From the sequence record NC_041994.1: DNA of 64,000 bases; one strand, given 5' to 3'. Numbering within the stretch: the stretch's first letter is position 1; the number at the start of each line of letters is the position of its first letter. The notes under the pieces were generated by a model. That model ran no database searches. It saw nothing but the letters and a program-made list of their open reading frames with translations, and was not told the origin of the DNA. Positions 1 to 9,168 of this stretch are shown in pieces. The position numbers and the translations under genes were made by a program.

Positions 1-532
1 TCAGCGTTGGCCAGTAGAGTGTGTCGTCGTTAGTACCGTACATCAGTCCAGCCTGGTAGATCTGGGTGGCCGATATGTTGACGAAGAACCCACCGTTATC
101 TGGCCAGAACAGAATCTTTCCGTCCACCACGAACTTCAACCATGCGGTTGGTCTGACCGAGGCGAGGCCCCAAGTCAGACCGTAGAATGTTTTGAAGTCA
201 TCCACACCGATGATGTCATCCAAAGGTACCTCACCAAAGAACCCGGCCTTGTAGTCACCACGAAGCAGTGTCTGGGGACCTGGTCCTGTGTAAGGTAAGA
301 ACGCCAATGGACGGTTAGGGGAGTTGACCTGATCGGACCCTAGGTAGGAACCGATCTTGTAGTAGTAGAGGACATTACGCTGTGCGGTCGTGTCGGTGTA
401 TTCAAACACACTCGGTCCGACCGTAGCCAAAGGCGTTGGTAATGCGGCATCGTCGATCGGACTGGTGCTGCGATAGATGCGGAAACCATCCACCGTGACA
501 TTGCGGTCAACCCATTTTAACTTAATGCTCAT
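1..532 (-). CDS. Virion/tail-associated protein, FN3/Ig-like N-domain + GPGPQ domain (partial, runs off the left edge)
   Basis: Hand-translated from ATG at 532: MSIKLKWVDRNVTVDGFRIYRS...YTDTTAQRNVLYYYKIG...GPGPQTLLRGDYKAGFFGEV...WLKFVVDGKILF. Clear paralogue of the next three genes. Confidence 0.8.
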   Translation of the reverse strand, partial: MSIKLKWVDRNVTVDGFRIYRSTSPIDDAALPTPLATVGPSVFEYTDTTAQRNVLYYYKIGSYLGSDQVNSPNRPLAFLPYTGPGPQTLLRGDYKAGFFGEVPLDDIIGVDDFKTFYGLTWGLASVRPTAWLKFVVDGKILFWPDNGGFFVNISATQIYQAGLMYGTNDDTLYWPTL

Positions 533-540
533 GATTGACC

Positions 541-1449
541 TCAGTAAATCAGTTCGAAGAAAGGGAACCAACTGGCAGTCGAGCTACCACCACTACCGGT
601 AGCGATCTGGCCATCTGCGTCAGAGACCGTACCACCTACCAAAAGTGCAGCGGCAGTGGTTCCAAGATGCTGACTACGGGCCTGTAGGTAACTCGACCCG
701 GCGATGTCGTCGAAACGACCGCGGGCATCAGGTCGTGCTGACGAGATGCTGACCCGTGCCATCGTTTCGAACCACTCACCCCCCAACATCTGCGCTGCTG
801 TGGTGATCAGTGTCGTGGTGGGGAGTGGGCTGGCTTTGGGTTGGCGCACCAAGAAGTTATAACCCTTTACCGCGACCTGCTTCTTCTGGTTCACGGTAAA
901 GGGACCACCCCCAGCGCCGGCCGGTACAGCACCATTGTCATCGGTGCCGTACATCAATCCCAACGAGTAGAGATTTATCCACGAAAGGCTGCCAGTCAGG
1001 GAGATACACGGCGCAAACAAGATCTTGCCGTTGAAGATGAATTTGTACCAGTGTGTAAGGAGGGACTCAGCTGGTACTGAACCGGTGGTCACCCCACACA
1101 ACGTACGGGCATCAGCGACAGTCAGGAACTCATCAACCGTCAGACGACCAAAGAACCCCGAGTTCCAATCACCACGCAACAGCTTCTGTGGTCCCGGTCC
1201 CGAGTCCGGGAAATAACCGTGGGCTTGGTTGTCAGAGAGAATGAAGTCACTGCCCTTAACTGCCGCGATGCGGTAGTAATACACCGTCCCCCGAACCGCT
1301 GTAGCGTCGTCATAGCTCGTGGCACTGGCGGCTAAGGTAACGAGTGGTGATGGCAATGTATCGGCTGGAATTGGTGCTGTAGCTCGGTAGATGACAATAC
1401 TGTCAGCCAACGCAGCATTGACATTCCGCCATGCTAAACGAATAGACAT
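541..1449 (-). CDS. Virion/tail-associated protein, FN3-like + GPGPQ domain paralogue
   Basis: Start moved to MSIRLAW (1449) to match paralogue N-termini; motifs GPGPQKLLRGDWNSGFFG, WYKFIFNGKILF, terminal WFPFFEL. Confidence 0.8.
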   Translation of the reverse strand: MSIRLAWRNVNAALADSIVIYRATAPIPADTLPSPLVTLAASATSYDDATAVRGTVYYYRIAAVKGSDFILSDNQAHGYFPDSGPGPQKLLRGDWNSGFFGRLTVDEFLTVADARTLCGVTTGSVPAESLLTHWYKFIFNGKILFAPCISLTGSLSWINLYSLGLMYGTDDNGAVPAGAGGGPFTVNQKKQVAVKGYNFLVRQPKASPLPTTTLITTAAQMLGGEWFETMARVSISSARPDARGRFDDIAGSSYLQARSQHLGTTAAALLVGGTVSDADGQIATGSGGSSTASWFPFFELIY

Positions 1450-1460
1450 ATCAGACCACC

Positions 1461-2402
1461 TTAGACCGCAGTGTCGATCAGTTCCAGAACAGGCCACCAG
1501 CTAACTGTGGCTGTCTGGGTGGAAGGTACGTTACCCCGATTGGAAACGTTTTGCCGACCTGCGACGTTACTGCCTCGCACGATGTTGTTTGTTGTGCTGC
1601 CACGTTCCTGCACATGGCAGTAGTAGTTGGAGTTAAACCCCATCAAAGCAGCCGTGTAGTTCGCCGTGTTGATCAGACGCTGTTTGTTTGGCACATACTG
1701 GAACAGTGGATAGATCAGATCTTCCCACTCACACAGGAATGCGTCGTTTGGTTCAGCGGTGTTTTCAGCGGCCGGTGGTACGTCAGTCACGACATCGCTA
1801 TAACCGGTCATCAGACGCACGATGAACGTGTCTGGACCAATCTTCACCGTACGTTTCTGGTTGACCGTCGGTGTAGGTAGGAACGTACCCTTACCGTTGT
1901 CGTCAGTACCATATACCAAACCTAGGTTGTACAACTGTACCCACGTCACACCGGAGACCAGTGCCTGTTTAGGCACGATCAACACTTTACCCTTACGGGC
2001 GTATTTGTGCCAAGTCACTGAGGGTACAGTCACAGCACCAATAGTCATGCCAACTGCTGCACGCAACTCGTTAGTGCTGAGCATTTCAGCACCCAGCATC
2101 TCGCCGAAGTAACCCAGTTCCATATCGCCCTGTAATAGCGACTGAGGACCCGGACCACGACGAGAGCCTGCGACTACCTTCTGGTTCTGCGAAACCGAAC
2201 GGTCGGTTGCAGTAGTGGTTTCCCACACGTAGTAGTACGTTGTACCACGGACAGCGGTGGTGTCAACCCACTCTGTTTCACCGGCAGTGAGTGTTACCAG
2301 CGCCGTTCCAAGATTGGCGCGATCGATCTGAGACGTACTCCGATAGATCTTAACCGACGTCGCCACGACGTTCGGGTTGGTCCACTTCAGTTTCAGGTTC
2401 AT
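1461..2402 (-). CDS. Virion/tail-associated protein, FN3-like + GPGPQ domain paralogue
   Basis: 313 aa; KLKWTNPN..IYRS..WVDTTAVRGTTYYY; GPGPQSLLQGDMELGYFGE; terminal VRGS...WWPVLEL. Confidence 0.8.
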   Translation of the reverse strand: MNLKLKWTNPNVVATSVKIYRSTSQIDRANLGTALVTLTAGETEWVDTTAVRGTTYYYVWETTTATDRSVSQNQKVVAGSRRGPGPQSLLQGDMELGYFGEMLGAEMLSTNELRAAVGMTIGAVTVPSVTWHKYARKGKVLIVPKQALVSGVTWVQLYNLGLVYGTDDNGKGTFLPTPTVNQKRTVKIGPDTFIVRLMTGYSDVVTDVPPAAENTAEPNDAFLCEWEDLIYPLFQYVPNKQRLINTANYTAALMGFNSNYYCHVQERGSTTNNIVRGSNVAGRQNVSNRGNVPSTQTATVSWWPVLELIDTAV

Positions 2403-2413
2403 ACTGCAATTCC

Positions 2414-3430
2414 TTAAATTGTCTCAGTGGTGAAACCGAATTCGCTAAGCGGTCCGATATCCCAGATAAACGTTTGAGGTGGGACCACATCAGCGTCGTC
2501 GATGACTACGCCAAACTCATTAAGTGGTGCACCTGTGTAGGTGATACCCTGTGGTGCATTAGCGATGTCAGCAAAGGCGATCTCTGTGATCGTTGGACGA
2601 TTGTTCAGAGCATTCGTCCAGTGAAATCCATTCAGGCTGTATATGACGTCTGTCGCCACGGTGCCGTTGTTAATCGACGGTGGAATCAACCCTGTGCTGA
2701 GGTACTCGATATTGCGTGGATCAAAGGCGATCTTGGTAGCATCCACCAGTTCCAGCACTGGTCGCCAGAGACTGTTCAATGTCTTCGCAATGTTGGTCCG
2801 GCTTGTAGCGTCGTTGGTGGAGCCACGTACGTAGTGCCATGTCGTTGCGTTCGTCCATGTCTCCAGACACATCGACGCCATGTCTGTAGTGCGACCTAGG
2901 TCGGCGGGTGTGTACGTGCCCCAACCGCCGTTAACTACCCGCATGATCGTGCGGTTCCATTCCGACAACAAGACGTTAGTCGGATCAACCAAAGCCGGGT
3001 CAGACTGACCGGTCTTCGGCATCCTTAACAGCAGTGTCCAGTCCCGATTTCCTTCGGTGACCACACCTAAACGGAATTGATCTACGCCTGCTCCCACCGG
3101 ATAAGGTCCGATGCCTCGGATGCCAAGCGCACAACCCGCATTGTAAACATCGTTCCAACAGAGGTTTGCACCCACCTGTTGTTTGGCGTAGTAAACCACT
3201 TTGCCGTCGATGAAGAACTTCAACCAGCTAATATCGCCAGGGTAGAGTGTACCCCCACTGAATTGAGCCAGCGCATAAATACCCACGCTGTTGTAAAGCT
3301 CGGTCGATGAGACTTCACCAAAGTAACCAGCCGTCTGGTCACCAAATTGCAGCATCTTTGTACCGGGACCAGAATCTGGCCAGAACGTGGCTGCTTTCTT
3401 TGCCCCTGCACTTAATAGTAATTCCAGCAT
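2414..3430 (-). CDS. Virion/tail-associated protein, GPG domain + C-terminal repeats
   Basis: 338 aa; DSGPGTKMLQFGDQTAGYFGEV, WLKFFIDGKV, VRGS...WRPVLEL, then a tail with two PLxEFG motifs. Confidence 0.75.
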   Translation of the reverse strand: MLELLLSAGAKKAATFWPDSGPGTKMLQFGDQTAGYFGEVSSTELYNSVGIYALAQFSGGTLYPGDISWLKFFIDGKVVYYAKQQVGANLCWNDVYNAGCALGIRGIGPYPVGAGVDQFRLGVVTEGNRDWTLLLRMPKTGQSDPALVDPTNVLLSEWNRTIMRVVNGGWGTYTPADLGRTTDMASMCLETWTNATTWHYVRGSTNDATSRTNIAKTLNSLWRPVLELVDATKIAFDPRNIEYLSTGLIPPSINNGTVATDVIYSLNGFHWTNALNNRPTITEIAFADIANAPQGITYTGAPLNEFGVVIDDADVVPPQTFIWDIGPLSEFGFTTETI

Positions 3431-3451
3431 GCTTTCACCCTGTATTCAGAA

Positions 3452-3489
3452 GGCATAACAGGGGCGCTTGTGGCGCCCCTGCCTTATGA
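3452..3489. terminator. GGCATAA-hairpin-TTATG intergenic element
   Basis: GGCATAAC-AGGGGCGC-TTGTG-GCGCCCCT-GCCTTATG. Confidence 0.7.
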
Positions 3490-3491
3490 CG

Positions 3492-4139
3492 TCAAGCCAT
3501 CAGGGTTGCAGGGATGACAGGAAGAGTGGCAACGGAGGTGGCCGCGTCGATCTGGTCCTTCAATGCCCAGCTGGCTGCGTAGACCTTCATGCCGGCAACC
3601 AGAGCAGCATCGCACATGGCCAGCAGTTCAGTCGGTGTCAACGGATAGCCGACGTTCTCGGTACTACGGAACATCGTAGTATCGGTGGAGTCAGCCGCGA
3701 TCAGGAACTGAGCCTGACCTTTGAGCAACAGCAGATTCACGCGATCTTCAGGACGCAGCTGTACGCCGAAGATCGTTTGGGCATTGAGTTCGTAGATAAA
3801 GCCATCGGCCAGATCCTTCTCACGCAGTGCCAATACCTGATCGTTCAGCGAGCGCTTCTTGTCGTTCAGGCGGATGTCGAGTTCTGCCGGAGTGAACTCA
3901 CGCGCCACCCACGTCTGGTGATAAGCACCATCAGTCAACTGGGGAGCGCCTTCGACCACCACGTCGCCGCTAGGCTTTGGGGTTGGGATGACGACTGCAA
4001 AGCCGTACTCACCGAGGCAGTCTTCGTCCGGGGATTCCGGGAAGCTGACGGTGGGGTTGGCCATGCGTACTTGTTGGAAGTACATCGGGTATTCCCCGGT
4101 GTCAACCTTAAGCAATGGAGTGCTTGCGTTGATTTCCAT
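3492..4139 (-). CDS. Tail fibre assembly chaperone-like protein (DUF4376-like)
   Basis: Directly downstream of the fibre gene; C-terminal ..FRSTENVGYPLT..LLAM...VYAASWALKDQIDAATSVATL pattern typical of fibre chaperones. Start at MEINAST. Confidence 0.65.
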   Translation of the reverse strand: MEINASTPLLKVDTGEYPMYFQQVRMANPTVSFPESPDEDCLGEYGFAVVIPTPKPSGDVVVEGAPQLTDGAYHQTWVAREFTPAELDIRLNDKKRSLNDQVLALREKDLADGFIYELNAQTIFGVQLRPEDRVNLLLLKGQAQFLIAADSTDTTMFRSTENVGYPLTPTELLAMCDAALVAGMKVYAASWALKDQIDAATSVATLPVIPATLMA

Positions 4140-4184
4140 GATGCTCTCTTTATTAAAGCAGGGGTCCCGAAGGACCCCCACGGA

Positions 4185-7100
4185 TTACGCCGTAGCGCCG
4201 ACCGAGCCGACCCACTGAGTGCCGTCCCAGAACAGGATGACCACAGTGAATGTAGCACCCAAGGTTGGAGCAGCACCGCCACTCCACACGATACCCGCAG
4301 GCCAGGTGATCTGAGCGGCGTTACCCGCTACCTTAACCACCACAGTCATGGCTGCACCAGCACCCGGAGCGTTCGAGAACGTCAGAGTACGAGCCACAGC
4401 TGCCGATACCGTGAAGACTTGCTGAACCGCGAGGTCCAGTGCCGCCGTAGCAGCTACTACCTTCAGGGTGTAACGATCGAACGTGTTGAGGACCCACGCA
4501 CCATCCTTACGGACGTACTGCTTACCGTCGGTTGGAGCATCGGCTGCGATTGGGAAGACGATCTCTGCCCATGCGCCGTCTTTACGACCGCGCAGCTTGC
4601 CGTCCTTCGGTGCCTCACCAACAGCCACCACGAGCTCAGCCCAGGCGTTATTGATGCGGATGTATGGCTTACCATCGGTAGGAGCCTCACCGACCGGCAG
4701 AACGCGCCACACGCCGTTGTAACGGGTGTAGTCCTTATCGTCCTGTGGTGCATCGTAGACGTTACCACCACCCAGGTAGCCCAAAGGCGCCCACAGTACT
4801 TCGGTCGTCTTCTTGAAGAACTGAAGCGACGCACTGTTCAGGTAGTAGTCGTTACGACGACCGTCGGCAGGTTGCGGATCACGTGGCAGTACTACCCACA
4901 GTGTACCGATATCGCCCTTGTCACCTTTATCGCCTTTGAGGCCGGTGCCGGTGTCACCCTTATCGCCTTTGTCACCCTTGTCCCCTTTCGGGCCTTGGAT
5001 AACGCCGAGGTCTTCGTAGGCAGTGCCCGTCCAACCCCAGAAGTTCAAGCCGATGATGTAACCCTGACCGGTGGTGCCGGTGCCTGGGAGTTCAGACGGA
5101 TCGTTCTTCTTGCCGAGGATGGTGATGCCTGGACCCATCGGACCATCAGCACCGATCGGACCACGGACATTGCCCATGAACACGAAGTCGGTACCGTTGT
5201 GGCTGTAGATGTCGCCAGTGCCCACGATGTAGGTATCACCTACGACTGGGTTAACGAGATCGGCCAGATCGGCTTGGGTGTCGAGGTAGCCTTTCGGATT
5301 GAAAGCCGCACCGGTATCGCCTTTGTCACCCTGATCACCTTTATCGCCTTTCAGCGACGCGATGAAGCTAGGCAGGTCGACGATCGAAGGATCGTTTTCC
5401 TTGGCGAGTTCCAACGCCGATTTACCGTCCGGACCCATTGGGCCAGTCAGGTCACCTGCGTCGTACCAGATGCTGCCGTTCCACACGTGCATGTTGTTCT
5501 TAACACCATCAGGGATGATGTAAGCATCAGCCACCAGTTGCCCGGTGATTGCAGCCAGTGCAGTCAGATCCGCCAACTCACCTTTTACAGTGAGGCTACG
5601 GCCATCGGTACCGTTGAGTGTGGCCAGCCATTGAGCCGGGGTGCCCGAGAAGCCGTCATCGACAGCAACGTCGTAGGCCGACTTACCTGGATCACCTTGG
5701 TCGCCCTTGATGGAGTCGCCGTTATCACCCTTGTCGCCTTTATCCCCTTTGTCACCCTTGTTACCTTTGAGGGTAGCGAGCCACTCAGGGATAGTGCCGA
5801 CGAAGCCTTCGTCCACAGCCAGCGCGTAAGCAGACTTACCGTCCTGACCTACGAACTCACCCAGATCGTTCCACTGTGCGTTGAACCAGCTGTACAGACG
5901 TGTGCCCACGACGTAGCTGTCGTAGTCGGTGCCCGAAGCAGGCAGGTCGCCTACTGCGTTCACCATGCCAACGACTTTCAGGCCTGCGCCTTGCTCGCCT
6001 TTGTCACCTTTCAGACCACGGTCACCCTGCAACCCTTTCAGGCTGGCGATGAACTGTGCTTCCGAACCCGAACCACCCAGCTGTTGCCAGAGCTCGTACG
6101 CCGACATACCGGTATCGCCCTTGAGCGATTCGAGCCATGCGGTACGGGTACCGACGAAGCCGTCAGCCACAGCGACCATGTAAGCGTCATCGCCGTCGTC
6201 GCCTTTGTCACCGACATCGCCTTTGTCGCCCTTATCACCTTTCAGACCCTGAGGGCCAACGATGTTACCAGCGTTGAACCACTCGGTGCCTTCCCAGACG
6301 TGGAGGTTGGTACCGATCAGGTAACCGTCAGCGATAGCCGCATCACCCGGCAACGAAGCTTCATCAGCCACGGAGCCACGCAGAACAACAACAGCAGCCG
6401 AGTCACCACGGTCACCTTTATCGCCCTTCTCACCAGTGAGACCGACATCACCCTTCAGGCCTTTGATCGAAGCAACCCACTGGGTACGGTTACCCTGGAA
6501 GCCTTCGTCAACAGCGATCTGATAGGCGTCCTTACCTTTCAGGCTTGCCAGCCATTGAGTGGTGGTGCCGTTGAAACCGAACTGCACTGCGATCTGGTAA
6601 GCGGACTTACCGTCTGGACCGACCTGACCCACAGGGGCCCAAGTAACGGTGTCCCACACCCACATCACGTTCTGGATGATGTACGTGTCGCCCGACAAGT
6701 TGTCTTCCATTGGCAGGAAGTCGGTGGATGGGAAGCTACCCAAAATGCGCAGACCGATACCGTCCAGACCTTTAGGGCCGGAAACGTCACCACCGTCTAC
6801 CCAGGTACCTTCAACCACAACCCAGATGTGCTTGTCGATGAAGTACGCATCGCCGTTAGGCAGTGCCGCAGGAGGAGGCAGATCGTCGGTGGTGTTCAGC
6901 TGACCTTTGACGTTGAGGATACCCACACCGCCATTGTCACCACGATCGCCCTTATCCCCCTTGTCACCTTTATCGCCCTTGAGCGAGGCGAGGTAGTCGA
7001 TCAGAGAACCACTGAAGCCATTCTCTTGAGCAAGTTCGTAAGCGTTCTTGCCGTCGTCGCCGTCGGTGCCTTTGAGGCCAGCCGCTTCAGCGTCAACGAA

Positions 7101-7226
7101 TTCAATCATCAGACCCACGCCGGTGGAGCGGGGGAACAGACCCGGCTGTAGCGCCGTTGCATCCTGTTCGGTCGCGAGACGCTTAGGCATCTCGGTGTTC
7201 ACAAACACCTCGAAAGGAGTTGCCAT
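4185..7226 (-). CDS. Collagen-like tail fibre protein (phiKZ gp146-like position)
   Basis: 1013 aa; many G-X-Y runs (GDKGDKGDK), 8 SAYxxAxxxGFxG..WLASLKG-like modules, about 7 Trp-containing globular repeats, APxDGKxYxR repeats near the C-terminus. Confidence 0.85.
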   Translation of the reverse strand: MATPFEVFVNTEMPKRLATEQDATALQPGLFPRSTGVGLMIEFVDAEAAGLKGTDGDDGKNAYELAQENGFSGSLIDYLASLKGDKGDKGDKGDRGDNGGVGILNVKGQLNTTDDLPPPAALPNGDAYFIDKHIWVVVEGTWVDGGDVSGPKGLDGIGLRILGSFPSTDFLPMEDNLSGDTYIIQNVMWVWDTVTWAPVGQVGPDGKSAYQIAVQFGFNGTTTQWLASLKGKDAYQIAVDEGFQGNRTQWVASIKGLKGDVGLTGEKGDKGDRGDSAAVVVLRGSVADEASLPGDAAIADGYLIGTNLHVWEGTEWFNAGNIVGPQGLKGDKGDKGDVGDKGDDGDDAYMVAVADGFVGTRTAWLESLKGDTGMSAYELWQQLGGSGSEAQFIASLKGLQGDRGLKGDKGEQGAGLKVVGMVNAVGDLPASGTDYDSYVVGTRLYSWFNAQWNDLGEFVGQDGKSAYALAVDEGFVGTIPEWLATLKGNKGDKGDKGDKGDNGDSIKGDQGDPGKSAYDVAVDDGFSGTPAQWLATLNGTDGRSLTVKGELADLTALAAITGQLVADAYIIPDGVKNNMHVWNGSIWYDAGDLTGPMGPDGKSALELAKENDPSIVDLPSFIASLKGDKGDQGDKGDTGAAFNPKGYLDTQADLADLVNPVVGDTYIVGTGDIYSHNGTDFVFMGNVRGPIGADGPMGPGITILGKKNDPSELPGTGTTGQGYIIGLNFWGWTGTAYEDLGVIQGPKGDKGDKGDKGDTGTGLKGDKGDKGDIGTLWVVLPRDPQPADGRRNDYYLNSASLQFFKKTTEVLWAPLGYLGGGNVYDAPQDDKDYTRYNGVWRVLPVGEAPTDGKPYIRINNAWAELVVAVGEAPKDGKLRGRKDGAWAEIVFPIAADAPTDGKQYVRKDGAWVLNTFDRYTLKVVAATAALDLAVQQVFTVSAAVARTLTFSNAPGAGAAMTVVVKVAGNAAQITWPAGIVWSGGAAPTLGATFTVVILFWDGTQWVGSVGATA

Positions 7227-7273
7227 TTACATGTCCTCTTAAAGGGCCTCCCACTCGGGAGGCCATACCACGG

Positions 7274-9001
7274 TTAGATCGCTTCTTCCAGCTCGATTTG
7301 CATCAGACCGCCGGTGTTCGACGTCGCGTTAGCGTTGTCGCAGTTGTACCAGGTGTTCTCGGTCAACACGGTGTAACGGTCAACAGCCGGTGTTTGCGCT
7401 GCTTGATAGGTGAAGTTCAAGCTACCAGACGCACCTTTGGACAGGTTCGAGCAACGCAGCTTCGCCGTGTTAGCCACCTTGGTACCAATCGCCGCCTGAC
7501 GGTTCGGGTACGCAGGTACGGTGAGGGTACGGAACACGAAGCCGCCGAGTACGTAGTCAGCACTGCCAGTGATGACGGTGGTGATACGACCAGAGATGCT
7601 CTTGGCAGACAGGCTGTTGAAGGTGAAGGTGCCTTTGGCGTTGTTGTCATGCACGGTCAGTGCACGAGTCCAAACCTTACCAGCAGCATCCGATACCCAG
7701 TTACCCTTCCAGGTGCCTTCCGGGGCATTCAACGTTGGCGCTTCGGCCAGAGACTGGTTGGAGGTCAGGGTGATGGTGTGGTCTTGAGCCACGGTGCCGT
7801 TGTTACCACCCGAGCGCAGACGTGCTGCTGGTACAGCGATGGAAACTTGCGGTGTAACCGTTGCGATCTTCACGGTAGCGTCAGCAGTCACCGATGCACC
7901 GTTAGCCGAACGACGAGCCACCAGACGGAAGTTCACCGTGCTGTCGTTGTAAGTACCACCCAACTGAGTAACCGGTTTAGCGGCTTCGAACGCAGTTGGG
8001 TTGCTGACAGTCAACTGGCTGCCTGGCGAGCTGTAGGTGTAGCCGTTGGCGTTGCTGACCGAATGGTTAACAGTCGCCGAATCACCGGTATCCAGTGCCG
8101 TTTTACCAGCCGGATAAGTGACTGCTCCCATGGTGATCGTTGGGAACAGGTTGTTGGTCTTGACGTAAGACACGCCATCCGCTTGTGTACCCGAAGCGGT
8201 GGTGTTGAACCACGCCGACCACGTGCCGGTTGCTTTCTTGACACGGATCTGGAAGCCCGAGTTCTGCGTCACAGTACCGCGATCGGCTACAACACAGCCA
8301 GCGATAGTGTGCAGCACACCTGGGGTCAGGTTACCCGTCTTGGCCACCAGAGCACCCGCATCGCGGATCTCGTAAGCCACCACAGGAGAACCAGTGGAGA
8401 TCTGAATCGACAGGGTGTCACCTGCCTTCACTTCGGTCTGCCCAACTGGGTAGCCGCCGGTGAATACTGCGGTGTCGATGGTAGGCGCTTCGTCCATACC
8501 CACCACAACCTGATTGGTACCGCCTTCGCCGTGTGTTGCAATAACAGCGTAAGGAGCAGCGCCCAGGGTGGACAGGTCCAGTGTTGCAGTGCCACGGAAC
8601 AAGACGCCGTCGGTGCTGACACGAGCCATCGGTACGGCGATGCCGCCGTTCAGGGTAATCACAGGGGTGAAGCTGGAAGGGCCAGCGATGCCCTCTACGG
8701 TCACGCGCACTTGTGTAGTGGAAGTGGTGCACGAAACCAAGGTGTGGTTGTCGGTGGTCTTGATTTTGTTACCGACGTTATCGGTCGGGTTGACCGGTTC
8801 GATATCGACAATATAAACACAGCCAATGGTGTCGGCTGGTTGTGGAGTATCACCGCCACCGAGCTTGTCGGCTGCAATGCGTTTGCTATCAAAGCCCGGT
8901 GCGCCACCTGGCTTGGGAACGATGATCTCAAGGAACTCGCCACCTTCGAGGGCAGTTACCTCGGGTAGCGCGGAAATTTTGCCTTCGTCTTCAGCAGCCA
9001 T
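7274..9001 (-). CDS. Tail fibre / virion structural protein (Ig-like, beta-rich)
   Basis: 575 aa, Thr/Gly/Val-rich; N-terminal KISALPEVTALEGGE motif common in fibre proteins; sits between endolysin and collagen fibre. Confidence 0.65.
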   Translation of the reverse strand: MAAEDEGKISALPEVTALEGGEFLEIIVPKPGGAPGFDSKRIAADKLGGGDTPQPADTIGCVYIVDIEPVNPTDNVGNKIKTTDNHTLVSCTTSTTQVRVTVEGIAGPSSFTPVITLNGGIAVPMARVSTDGVLFRGTATLDLSTLGAAPYAVIATHGEGGTNQVVVGMDEAPTIDTAVFTGGYPVGQTEVKAGDTLSIQISTGSPVVAYEIRDAGALVAKTGNLTPGVLHTIAGCVVADRGTVTQNSGFQIRVKKATGTWSAWFNTTASGTQADGVSYVKTNNLFPTITMGAVTYPAGKTALDTGDSATVNHSVSNANGYTYSSPGSQLTVSNPTAFEAAKPVTQLGGTYNDSTVNFRLVARRSANGASVTADATVKIATVTPQVSIAVPAARLRSGGNNGTVAQDHTITLTSNQSLAEAPTLNAPEGTWKGNWVSDAAGKVWTRALTVHDNNAKGTFTFNSLSAKSISGRITTVITGSADYVLGGFVFRTLTVPAYPNRQAAIGTKVANTAKLRCSNLSKGASGSLNFTYQAAQTPAVDRYTVLTENTWYNCDNANATSNTGGLMQIELEEAI

Positions 9002-9127
9002 CTTGATACCTATCGGCTAGTTGGTTGATTATGTTGCTTCCTGGGCGAACTTGGCTTGTGGCCATCCGTACCGCTCCATGAACGGAATAGAAATTCGACA
9101 CATACATAAAAGTACTTTTTTTACGAG

Positions 9128-9163
9128 ACGGCATAAACGCGGGGGTTTGCCCCGCGCTATGCT
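9128..9163 (-). terminator. Hairpin-TTTATGCCG element after endolysin
   Basis: ACGGCATAAA-CGCGGGG-GTTTG-CCCCGCG-CTATGC. Confidence 0.7.
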
Positions 9164-9168
9164 CTGTT

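Noticed and set aside
1-3430. Diversity-generating retroelement acting on the adhesin array
   Set aside because: No reverse transcriptase and no near-identical TR/VR pair differing only at adenines in the window; paralogues are too divergent. Cannot be excluded beyond the left edge.
3468-7151. 1227-aa plus-strand ORF
   Set aside because: Antisense shadow of the collagen fibre and chaperone genes, explained by codon bias; no motifs. The same applies to 7220-8968, 20166-22139, 38694-40949, 53418-56093 and 62017-63930.
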